The position numbers and the translations under genes were made by a program. The notes beneath the pieces were generated by a model. That model searched no databases. It was not told the DNA's origin and was given only the letters and a program-made list of their open reading frames with translations. Below, piece after piece: positions 1-12,006 of a stretch of DNA of 64,000 bases. The number at the start of each line of letters is the position of its first letter. Within the stretch, counting starts at the first letter, position 1. The DNA comes from the human T2T-CHM13v2.0 reference genome, Homo sapiens, in NCBI RefSeq assembly GCF_009914755.1, contig NC_060927.1. One strand, given 5' to 3'.

Positions 1-902
1 AGGGTGTGCACATACTTTACTACCCCAAACCAAAAAGAAATCTAATTTTAGGGGGAAAGGAGTTGAGATGGTCATAAGAAAACCATGTCGGTAATCTAGC
101 ACATACCTTTACATTTTTGAGTGTGAAAATGTCCAGTGCTTAAGTGAACTCCAGAATTCCTAATATGCTTACAACAAGCTGTTTAATTCAAGTGCAAGAG
201 ATCTTTTCTAAGTAGGAAAAGACACACTAACACAAGCAACATTTTTACAGTTCTTAAGCACAGAGTCAAAAAAAAAAGAGAGAGAGAGACATCGTTTTAC
301 AAAATAACTTGTTTTTCCACACTCATTCTGCCTTATTTGTTCAGTGGTGAATGGTTGGGGGACAGAGGGAGTCGGCGACTAAAAGGTTTTTGGTCTATAA
401 GGAGTTGGAAGCATGTGAAAGAAGAGGTTTTGAGGATGTATAATTAAGCAGAAATCCTCAGCACTCACTAAAAAGGAATCAAGGTGAATGGAGGATCAAC
501 TGTGACCACACTGACTACTGAAGCCTTGAATGCCAAAACCTTTCCTTTCATTCAGGCATCTGGTTCTAAAGCAAGATAATTTTCAATTTTAAACAGTGCT
601 AGATTTGATTGTAAAAATGTCTCTTGCATGCGATAGGACAGTTGCTGTCCTCATTCTCCTTTCCTCAGCACCTTAAATACCAGCCACATAGCAGATGCCC
701 GATGAATGTTCACGGAATGAGTAAATAACCCCTGAATGGGTTCAAGGGTCCAAATATTGTCTTGGGTTCTCCTATGTGTCACGCTTTAAAACAATCCCTT
801 TATAATATCTGAGAGCCAGTATAGTTTTAAATCAACTTACCAACAATATACAATTCAACTCAGAAAGTAAATAGAAATAAGCAAGATAATTTTCTGCCTT
901 AC

Positions 903-956
903 TGGTCAACAATCAAAAACTTTTTAGAATCCCGGTAGACACAGTACTGGATAATT
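903..956 (-). other. Candidate 54-nt internal exon; one open frame (IIQYCVYRDSKKFLIVD), phase 2-2
   Basis: Minus strand reads ctgctgcttcttcttttaatgcag|AATTATCC...GTTGACCA|gtaagg: polypyrimidine tract plus AG acceptor and GT donor. Length divisible by 3; the other two frames have stops. Peptide not recognised. Confidence 0.35.
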
Positions 957-1339
957 CTGCATTAAAAGAAGAAGCAGCAGATCAAGACTGTCCTCAGCAG
1001 TTCCACCCACATCCAACAACTGAGAGAGCAGTTGCCTTCTGAGAATGACAGTAGGGAGCTCCAAGCGGAGCTCCCACCCAACAGATCCAGCCTCACCTTT
1101 CATTTCGCCACAGCACAGCAGCAGCTCTCCTGTGGTCCTGCTTGCAGGTAGAGAGCACATGAGGGGAAAAAAGAGGGATCTGGTATGGGATTGTACCATA
1201 GGCCAGATCCTAAGGAACAATATTATTTTATACTCCTATGACAATCCCAACTCACTCACTCCATTGTGTCTGCCCATGTTTCTGAGCAACTTGGAGCTAG
1301 CCAACTCCTGTGGGGCCAGCAGCCTAGGCAAATAGCAGT

Positions 1340-1520
1340 CATCATTTATTGGTACAACGTAAATATTCAGTACAGACATATAAAGTAAATATTATTATCA
1401 CCATTTTACTGGGGAGATAATTAAAGCTAATCTATTTAGCAGGTAATGGAGTTAGGATCTGAACCTTGGTTTGTCTGACTTTAAAACATGAGAATTTTTT
1501 TTCACCATACCATACTACCT
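1340..1520 (-). mobile_element. MIR fragment (approximate bounds)
   Basis: attattatcaccattttactggggag...ggatctgaaccttggtttgtctgact resembles the reverse MIR core. Confidence 0.6.
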
Positions 1521-3944
1521 CCTGGGCCCTATCGAAGCTGAGATTCCAGAAGAGAATGAGTTACACAGGAGGCATCATCATCTGCATTCAAAGTAGGCAT
1601 CATTTTCAGATGAAGTCCTTTGTATATATGGGCCTAACAATTTAAGCTCAAAAGATTAAAATTTGAAGACACCTAAATATCACAAAGTGACAAACATTTT
1701 AGAAGTCTCTCATTCCACCACATACTACAGAGGGAAGCATCTTTGTAAAAATATCTTGCAAGATTTACTTGTACTTATAAAAATAAATTTTACATATATT
1801 AACATTCAACATGTATTAACATTGCATAGTACTTTTCCACTGAAAGAGTTCAAAGCATTTTTCAAATACCAATTTTTTTATTCATCTGACTGGGGGGAAA
1901 ATGCTGAAACATTATGGACAAGCTCTAGGAAGCATCTCTTAAATAATCTAACTTCCTTCTTCCCAAAATAATTCAGGCATCTCAAGATAAAATACACATA
2001 AACACTATGACTAGTCAAATAGAAGTCCAAAACTCATGAGAAGTATTTAAGGAAAAAAACTCGAAACCTTGACAATATGGTCATTTGAGCACTGAATTTA
2101 ATGTTCAACTTCATGAAAAACAAGGTGAAAAGGAAAAGAAGTATGTCATATATAATTCTCATTATCTAATAAAAAGGACTTCTATGGATTGTTGTTTAGG
2201 AGACTCTGAGTAAGATATTGGATAATGTTTTCTACCACTATTTGATAGAAAATACGTGAAAAGTTTTCATACGACATTACCTAAACTGACCCTCAACAAA
2301 AATTAAGAGTATCTTTAAACAAGAAAGCAATCTGTTTCAGATATAACTCTATTTTCCTTCTACATAGATCATATCTCATTGCTTATACTATGAATAGCGT
2401 ACTCAATTTCTCCCATTTTTTTCAAGATCTTTTAGTTATCTGTAAATTTTTAGCAATAAAAGAATGTTCTTTTTTTTAAGGTAACATCTATAGACCATTT
2501 ACTACTGTGTAACCAAAGCCCTGTGCAAAGCGTGCATTCTCTTGACTCGGAGACTCAGGGCTGTCAAACAACTTACCCTCAGTACCATGACCACATGTGA
2601 CAGACCCAAGATTTTAGCTTGGGTCTTTCCAATTCCAGAACCCAGCTCTTAATTATCTGCTATAGATTCTCTTCCATCACATGTTTGCAGGATTTGCAAT
2701 AGTTTTATCTGTGTTTCCAAAGTCAAATAGATATGAGCGTCTTCCTGGGGAATTCATATTTTCCTTAGGTCCATTTTTTAAGGGCAGACCCACAGAGGAA
2801 AACGAATGCTAGTTGCTTCTGACCAGTCAAAGCATTGAAATCATAACCTAAATTTAAAAAACCTAAGCAACGACAATAAATATTGCAACATGCAGGCAAA
2901 CGAAAAAGGTCCATGTGGATGGTAGGAAATCATATACTTTGTGGCATGAGCAATAGGAACTTTCCTTTCAGGTCACTGATCAATTCAGTCAGTTGAAAGT
3001 AATCTATTGTCATCATGGATAATATTATAGATGAAATCCATTGGTGATCAAAAAACACCTAAAATTCCATGGATCATACAACAACAACAACAACAAAAAG
3101 CAATTACCATCATCATTCCCCGGGCAGGAAGCTCCAGGGAGACCAAGAAGTGGATGATAAAGGGGCCACCACCACCTCTTAAATCTTGTTGACTACTTCC
3201 AGATGAGCTTTTTGGCATGGGGAGGGAATGGAGCTAAAGAATCTTGCCTAGCTGTTAGATTTCAAGTAGAAATTCTCAATAGTTGGGCTTATGATCTTCT
3301 AGTTTCCTTTGTAAGGTAATAGATTTATCTAAGCATGGTAATTTTCTTACTACTTTTAAGCAGATTGTATCTCTGAATTTTGTGAAGACTTATCCAATAT
3401 GTGCCTAAGCATGTAGACGTTTTAGACTATAAGGGGAAAAAAGATATTGCTAGCTTGTCCTATAAGAGGGAGCAGGGAAGGAAATGTCCTCTAGGGCTTA
3501 TGCATTAGACTATTTCTAATAGACTATTTTTCTCTTCAACTCAGCCTAAAACATACCCTGAACCCTAAAGTTTTTCGATAATCTTATGCAAAAAAAACCT
3601 CTAGAATGACTGCTATTTTCTAAACATTACAGTAGAAGAACCCCTAAGCCAGAATTGATGGCAGCTATGTTTCTCACAAAGACACTCCCAAAACAAGAAG
3701 AGACCAGTGAAAGCCCAAGGATTTCCATCCATTGATTCAGTCAGGAACTGTGGTAGGTACTAGAGATTCAGTAACTTAAAAATATTCAGACACATTTGAG
3801 TTCAAAAAAAGAGAGAAAAAATAAGTAAATCGAGAAATAGCATTTGCACTCAAGGAATTTACATTCCAACAGAGAAGTCAGACACTAAACATCAAATTGT
3901 GCATAGCTATTTAATTAAAATTATGTTAAGAAAACAGTTGACAG

Positions 3945-4336
<392 letters not shown>

Positions 4337-4637
4337 CTAGCCAAAAGCATTCTCCTAAAAATGCTTTTTAAAATAAAGTTTAGCAGCATTTTTTCCTGGG
4401 ATTATGAATCTAACCTCCAATTCTGGCAACTGGACTCATTGTTGAGTCTGGGCACCATATTAAGAATCATGGTAGCCAATGGCAACCCAGCTCCCATAAA
4501 TTCAAAGCTTCATATATATAAAACTATATGTACTGTATATTTCACTTTACCCCAGTTTTTTGCTTGTTTGTTTGTTTGCTTGTTTCCTTGCCAGCTTCAC
4601 ATTTTACAGATTCTCATAATAATTCTAAGAATAGCTC

Positions 4638-5007
4638 TAATATGGTTTGGCTGCCCCACCCAAATCTCATCTTGAATTGTAACTCCCACAATTCCCATGT
4701 GTCATGGGAGGAACCTTATGGGAGGTGATTGAATTATGGAGACAGGTCTTTTCTGCGCTGTTCTCATGATAGTGAGATCAGTCTCATAAGATCTGATGGC
4801 TTTAAAAATGGGAGCTTCCCTGCACAAGCTCTCTCTCTCTTTGTCTGCTGCCATTCATGTAAGACATGACTTGCTCCTCCTTGCCTTCTGCCATGATTTG
4901 AGGCCTCCCCAGCCATGTGGAATGGTAAGTCCATTAAACCTCTTTCTTTCATAAATTGCCCAGTCTCAGATATGTCTTTACCAGCAGCATGAAAAAGGAC
5001 TAATACA
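4638..5007 (+). mobile_element. THE1-family MaLR solo LTR
   Basis: Starts taatatggtttggctg...cccacccaaatctcatcttgaattgtaactccc and ends gactaataca; about 370 bp. Confidence 0.92.
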
Positions 5008-5709
5008 AATTCCATCTTGAATTTGACAACCAGAGTAACAATTACTTGACTTTTCTGTTTCCTTTCTACAACAAATTTTTAAATAAATGAGAATGCTTCT
5101 CTCTGTGTAGAATCAAGGCATATTTTTAAAAGTAGAAAAATATTTGTCCAGTTTGAAAAACAACTGCTATGATCTATCCAGAACCTTAAAACTATAGAAT
5201 CATATTATATTGGACTTTGAGTAAATCTTAGAATGAATCTCATCCAGCCCTTCATTTTATAGACAGAGACTGATAATGTGAGACTTTGTGAAGACCTCAG
5301 CCATTTAACCCTTGAGACATTAAACTGGTGTGTATCAAAGATATATGAACTTTGACATGGAACTACTGGCTGAATGGAACCCATTTAAATACACAAAATT
5401 GTATGTAAATGAACAGCTATGTATAGTCACAATCAAATTAGATGGTAATTCACTACTCTTCAATGTCAGGAATACAAAGTAGTTCCACAAACAGTGTGGT
5501 TGTGATACTGTGGTTTGTACTATGTAAAATGCCCAATTCAGTATCTGGCTCTTGGCAAAGACTTTGCTTTTAGGAGGAGCCCATCTTAAAAGATGAGGAA
5601 GGCAGAACGAGCATGGCCTCTTGCCCCAACAACCACCCACTGAATCAGATGAAACATACCACAAGGCAATTTGAATTTTTAAAGGCAAAACCTCAGGAAG
5701 ACTCCTTTG

Positions 5710-6307
5710 CCCATTTGTTTAGTTGCTCACTAAAACAAATGCTCTTGATTTTTGACTGCTCAGCATCCATTCTCCAATCTTCTGGCAACAACAGCCATTT
5801 TCCTTTAGATAACCCCCCCTTGCCCATTCAGGCATGTTGTTCAGGTGGGGTTGACTCCATCCTGTCTCACCCCAGACTACAACAAAGAGCACATGGCCTA
5901 TGCCTGGCCAATAGAAGCATTTCATCCCTTGACCACAGCAACTGGTTCAAGGTTAGGCACACGACCCAAGCCAGGCCAAAGTCTACATTCGGGACTTCTG
6001 TGGAAATCACTGGGAAAGAGAAAAGCTTTTCTTATTAGTTTGGAGCTGCCCAGAACCACAGTAAGAAGAGAGATGATCTGAGAATGTAACCAACATGGAA
6101 GAAAGCAAAAGAACAAGATAGAACAAGATAGAAAGAGAGTCTGAGTCTTAATGACATTACTGAATCCCTAAATTCAACATTGCTGAAGCCAAATGTTCCC
6201 TGAAACTCCCAGTTACTTCTCCAGTAAAATCTTTGTCTTTTATTTTTCATAAGTAAATTTGAATTGGGCATTTTTCTTTTGCAAACACAAGTGTCCTGAT
6301 GAAATAC
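5710..6307 (+). mobile_element. Old MLT1 (J/K/L-like) MaLR LTR, approximate bounds
   Basis: cagcatccattctcc...ttctggcaacaacag, cttgaccacagcaactggttcaagg...acccaagccaggcca and terminal ttgcaaacacaagtgtcctga are typical of old MLT1. Confidence 0.7.
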
Positions 6308-6769
6308 TAATTTTCCCACCCTTCCCAACCTCCCTCATCCTTGGACTTCCAGGACAATGTAATGAGCACCAAGGATCTGAACTCTAGCTCTTGTTCCGCC
6401 ATTTTCTTGAGCCACATCCTCTCTAAGCTCCAATGTCCTCACAAAAAGGGGATGGAGGCTATCTTTCCCATTTAGTAACATTAATATGGATCTTACTTTC
6501 AAGGGTTTTGAGATCATTAAGACAGAATTAATGTCATTAATACAGAAGCTCTGGTACACCTTGGTAAGTATGTAATGCTTTCAAAAATGAAATGCCATTA
6601 TTTTCTTGGATTATCTCATTTCTCATTTTGGTTCTTTTATCCTTATTCTTCCATGTTATTAAATACAAACACAGGTCACTATTTAATGAATTGTGTTACC
6701 CTATTTTCTAGCCATTTTTATAAAAACTTAAAATCTTAATCTCAAAAAAAAATGGCTATGTGGAAAAGT

Positions 6770-6990
6770 GCTAAGAGTGTGTGACTTAGTGGCTCAGATG
6801 TGTAGCAAAACAAGCTTTAAAGTCCAGCTCTGCACCCACCCCAATTGCATGGCTGTGGCCAGATCATTTAATCACTCTGGGCCTCAGTTTGCCAATATGT
6901 TCAGCGAGATAAAATCACCCAATTTTTTTGAGTTGCTGTGAAATTAAAGCATATACACAAGGTCTGTCATATAGATGAAGCTCAATAAAT
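6770..6990 (+). mobile_element. MIR
   Basis: tcatttaatcactctgggcctcagtttg...gttgctgtgaaattaaa...gctcaataaatg. Confidence 0.7.
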
Positions 6991-7537
6991 GGGAAGGACA
7001 ATATTGATCATTAATATTACTAGTAAGAGTGCCAGAGGCAATGGGGTCAACTCGGAGAAGATAGGTGAGGCTGGAGGGATGACACAGAAGTACCAAAGAC
7101 CACTGTGGCAGAACAGCTTGGGTGAGTATCAAAGACCTAGGCTGGTTGGGTCCAGAGTTCTGGGGCCAGAGGGTCAAAAACAGCAGGACTATCTCTTCGT
7201 TCATAGCTTGTAAACTTCCCTACTCCTTACAGCTTTTGAGACCCTGCACTTTGAGCTTACCAAGCTCAGGGTAAGTGTCTTGATTATTTTTGTATTTCTG
7301 TCCTTTAAGAAGTGATTGGTAAATGCTCACTGTGATTTGAACATGATCATCTCTTATCCAAGAGGAAAGGCTGCCTTTACTTTTTGGTGTCCATTCCCAA
7401 GAAAAAGAAGGCCAGACAGAGCCCACAGCATGTACTTTTTCATTGGAGGAGAGACTTTAAAGTTCCATTTCATGTGGTTAACCCAAAATGTTCTCATCCA
7501 TCTCCAGATGCCCTAGTGTCTCCAGAGGTGTGAAGGT

Positions 7538-7723
7538 CAGTGGTCTGAGATGTGTGGATCAGACCAGTGCAGCATTGGAATCACTTGGGAGCTTGTTAGA
7601 AATGTATGTTCTTGGGCTCTTTACCAAACCTACTGAATGAGAAACTCTGTTGGTCAGACCCAGGAATCTGTTTTAGTAAGAACTCCAGGGATTCTAATGC
7701 ACACTCAAGTTTGAGAAACACTG
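7538..7723. mobile_element. MER5A (hAT-Charlie MITE)
   Basis: cagtgg...atcacttgggagcttgttagaaatg...cccaggaatctgttttagtaag...aagtttgagaaacactg. Confidence 0.85.
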
Positions 7724-7743
7724 CTCCAGGTAGCACCTTAATG

Positions 7744-8068
7744 CAGTCGGCTATTCATATCCGTGGGTTCCATATCTGTGGATTCAAACAACCACAGGTC
7801 AAAGCTATTAGGAGGAAAAAATGTGTCTGCCTTGAATAAGTACAGAATTTTTTTTTGTTGTTATTCCCTAAACAATACAGTAAAAGAACTATTTACATTG
7901 TATTAGGTAATATAAGTAATCTAGAGATAATTTAAAGTATATAGGAGAATATGCATAAGTTATATGCAAATGCTATGCCATTTTATGTCAGAGACTTGAG
8001 CATCTGCAGATTTTGGTATCCGTGAAGGGTCCTGGAATCAATCCTTCACAGATACAGAGGGATGACTG
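7744..8068. mobile_element. MER2 (TcMar-Tigger MITE)
   Basis: Terminal inverted repeats cagtc...atccgtgggttcc and ggaatcaatccttcacagatacagagggatgactg, followed by TA. Confidence 0.85.
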
Positions 8069-9660
8069 TATACATGTTTTTGAACCCTGTAAGTAAAACT
8101 TCTAGCATTTCCATGTTGAGAGGCAAGTGGAAGCTACAATTACATCCTTACTCAATCATGTAGCTCATGTTCATGCTTCTCATGGAAAATTATTTCAAAA
8201 ATATTTGCTAAATACTTACTAAACAAAAAAAGTAAGATCTTGATCTCAGACCTTAAAAAGTTCTAGTTTCTTTTCTTAAGAGACCAAAGGGTCAGCTGCG
8301 GGTGGAGGCACCAATTTCCATGTATTAGTCATGACTCTAGGTTGCCTTTTTGGAGGCATGTGGAGTTAATATGAATCCTCAGTCTATATCAGACCCATTA
8401 TTGATATAATAACAGACTTAGCATCCTTCTGCCTTGGTTCATAGTGAGCAAACCTACAGCTTTAAAGCACAGTAGGTTTAAACTCTTAAGAGCCAATGTA
8501 TGATAAGTGACCTCAGAAAAGTAAGCCAGATCTCTCTAGACCCACTCAGCCACGACCAGGTGATCTCGGCATCAGCACTAATCCAGGTATATTAGTCCTG
8601 GGCATTTAGAAAAGATTATATGTGATCATATGGATGTAAATGTGAGAAAACAATGTAAGGTAACAGTATAAGGAATAGACATGGATGGTGTGTGTAACTC
8701 ATTATGGTAAAAGAAACCAAAAAGAATAGTTAGGTAGATAATCAATCTTCTGATGTGTGTGACAACCACCTGGCACTTGGCCAGATTTTATAAGTAGTGC
8801 TCTGAAGTAGTGAATGTTTTTAGTAATTGATTTACACAATTTACCCCATACCTGTACACACTTGTAAAGAACCAGTATTTAGTGCCAGATCCAGCATCTG
8901 AAGACTTAAAAATAGACAATCCTGATTAGCTGTGTTTGCAAGACTTCCCCAACATAACAGATGTCAGGAGACGAGTATGACATCATGTTATAGATGATTT
9001 TTGTAATGTCATCACTTTGAAAAATTAAAATTAAGGTCAGCCCAGTGGAGATCTTTTATCTTTTCTTTTTATAGAAAATGAACAAACAAAATGTGATGAT
9101 GAATATATTAAGTAGAAATGCATCCAAAAGCAATTTGCCCTTCCAGACAGGCTCAGCAAAACACCAGCAGGAGCCACACAAACACTTGGGTACTGGAGGC
9201 AAAGGACAATAAAGGGTCTTGGGAAGTGCCTCTGTCCTCCCTTCTGGGGCCTATAAAGAGAAGCCTAGTCCTTTCAAGCAGTTTCTCCAGATTTTACAAC
9301 CTGGTTCTGCTGGTTGGGAGAGAGGATCCTCAAGAAGAATCAGTGCATGCCAATGGCATTCCAGAAGATATTCGCCATGAAAACTCACTACTGCAGGTAA
9401 TTTTTTTTTTTTTTCCTAAGAGAGAACTTCTCTCTGGAGAGAGAGGAAGATAGGCTTAATTTGTGCTTTTACAAATTACATACTGGGTTCTGTACTGCAA
9501 ATGTGCTTAATGAAAGAACAGATGCTCACAACTACCACATCGGGTTAAGTACTTAGGCACTGACATGGAAGCATGAAGGGCCCCTGTGTAACCATTCCCA
9601 AACTTCTTTAGGCTGTTTATTATCTATGCAATGTAAGAAATGTTTTTTAACCAGAACCCC

Positions 9661-10091
9661 TAAGTTGCCAAATTAGCAAATAAAAATACAGGGCCCAGTT
9701 AAATTTGATTCTTCAATAAACAAGTAATTTTTCAATACAAGTATATCCCAAATATTGCATGAGACATACCTTCTATTATATATATACACACATATATATA
9801 TGCATATACAGGTATGTACGTGTATGCATGTGTGTGTATATACACACATATATACACATATACATACCTGTATATGCATATATATGTGTATATATATTAG
9901 TGTAATATATATATGTGTGTATATATACACACATATATACACGCACATACACATACATACCTGTATATGAATAAATATATACACATACATGTATGTATAT
10001 GAATAAATATATATATATATATATATATATATTTGCTGTTTATTTTAAATTCAAATTTAACTGGGCATTCTGAATTTTATCTGGCATCTTA
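9661..10091. mobile_element. MER53 palindromic hAT MITE interrupted by an AT-rich simple repeat
   Basis: Left arm ttgccaaattagcaaataaaaatacagggcccagttaaatttga is mirrored by right arm ttcaaatttaactgggcattctgaattttatctggca. Confidence 0.85.
9775..10032. repeat. (TA/CA)n low-complexity array ending in a pure (AT)n run
   Basis: Directly visible; it generates the H/I/Y/T-rich pseudo-ORFs in the track. Confidence 0.95.
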
Positions 10092-11713
10092 TCCCTGAAC
10101 CTATCAATAAGAAATTTCTCTCTTGGAACTAAATATTAGCCCAGGTGGAAGAGAATATAGGAATGTGGAAACTAAACTTTTTAATGTGTACAGGGTCCTT
10201 ACTTTACAACTTTCCTGTGAGGTAGGACCAAAGTCTTTAATCCTCACTTTACAAGTGTAGACTCTGTGTTAAAGAGTTGCGAAATAAAAGAGCTGGGATT
10301 CAAATCAAGATCCTCTGACAGTTTGCAGAGGACTCTGTCAATCACTACACTAAACAAACTTAAAAAAGGAAGAATTAAAGAGATTGGCTAGAAAGGGCTG
10401 CTTTAGCAAGTAGAAATACCTGGTGCAAGCATGGACACTCTTTTCTGTTTTCACGCCTAAGTAAGCAATCATCAGTCTATGTTCTTCACAGGCTAAGAGT
10501 GGCCATTAAGAAATGAAAGCAAGTTTAGATTTCAACAGCATGTTTGGATTTGACATTTTGCATTTCAAGAAACCAAGGTCAGCTCAATCCTTTTAGCACT
10601 GGGACCCAGATACCACCATGATTTAAGTAAACAACAACCCTACTGAATTTAAGGGTAAGTGGTGGAGTAATTGCTCATGGCCTCTCTTGCTTTAATTTGG
10701 ACTATCTTTATTTCTAAATCCATTAAGGAGAGCTTCGTTTCATTCTGCAAAACACTAGTAAGTTCTGTAATGAGATTGAATTTATCCTTGTGAATACTGT
10801 CAGAGAATTAAAAAATGAGTATCAGAAATAAAATGTTAACCTTCTCAACATTAGCTGTCTTATTTTCCATCTCCAAGCAATGCTATAGCCTGAAGAACTC
10901 TTAGGTTAGAAAATTATAGAAAACTAAACTGCATACTTGTTTAAAAAAAAAAAAGACATATTGTGAGATTAATCTGTCCCTGATAAGATATTCCAAATTC
11001 AAATCTTTCTCTAATCTTCCTCAAAATCAAATACTAAGCTATATTTACCATATCAAGAAATAACGGAGTTTCTAATATCACAGAAACAAACTTATGTTTC
11101 TCATCTGTTTATTCATTTTTAGAAGCTGTGCAATGAGTAATAATTGCCTATGAAAACTGCCTGTGAAGAATATTGTCAGAAATTCCAAACTGCTCCAGAG
11201 CGGTGGCAAGAAAGTCCAGAGATTATTATTGGGTAATGACATTGGAAATAAAAAAGTATATAGTATTACAGTATTGAGCTATTAGAGTAAGGAATCAATT
11301 CAAGGAGACAAGCAAAATTTATATACTTTATTGATTTTAAATTTTACATGCTCTGCTATGTGAGTAAATCTTTCGTAGTAATTCTAAAGCTTTGAAACAT
11401 TGTAAATAACAGGGACTGTAGGGAGTTCAGGACAGCTATTTTTTCATACTGAGAGTATATAGCCTTTAATGCATATTAGAAGAAATTGGAGTAATGAAAT
11501 ACCTTAAAGCTAACTTAAGTCAGGGTTGACATGTTTTGTTTGGTTTTGTTTTTTGTCTCCAAAAAGAGAGCACGTATCAGGTAGTGAAGTAATTCCAGGT
11601 AGCATTCTACTTAAGGAAAAGCATATTAAATTGATCTTACTGTATTACATAAATCCAACATATCCTGTGTAAACTCAGAAACAGGTGGCTCTTTGTAAAA
11701 GGTGGCTGGATGC

Positions 11714-12006
11714 AGCCGGGCGTGATGGCTCACGCCTGTAATCCTAGCACTTTGGGAGGCCGAGGCGGGTGGATCGCCTGAGGTCAGGAGTTTGAGACCA
11801 GCCTGGCCAACATGGCAAAACCCCATCTCTACTAAAAACACAAAAATTAGCCAGACGTGGTGGTGGGCACCTGTAATCCCAGCTACTCTGGAGGCTGAGG
11901 CAGGAGAATCGCTTGAACCCAGGAGGTGAAGTTGCAGTGAGCCGAGATCATGCCACTGCACTCCAGCCTGGGCATAAGAGCGAAAACCCCATCTTGAAGG
12001 AAAAAA
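11714..12006 (+). mobile_element. AluS (Sq/Sp-like)
   Basis: Full dimer. Diverged TSD aaaaggtggctggatgc (11697-11713) and aaaaagtagctggatac (12007-12023). Confidence 0.95.

Noticed and set aside
5613-6038. 141-aa ORF, and the 136-aa ORF at 33699-34109
   Set aside because: Both lie within MLT1 LTR sequence and have no protein-like motifs.
9673-9990. ORFs rich in Y/I/H/T/C/V
   Set aside because: Translations of the TA/CA simple repeat.
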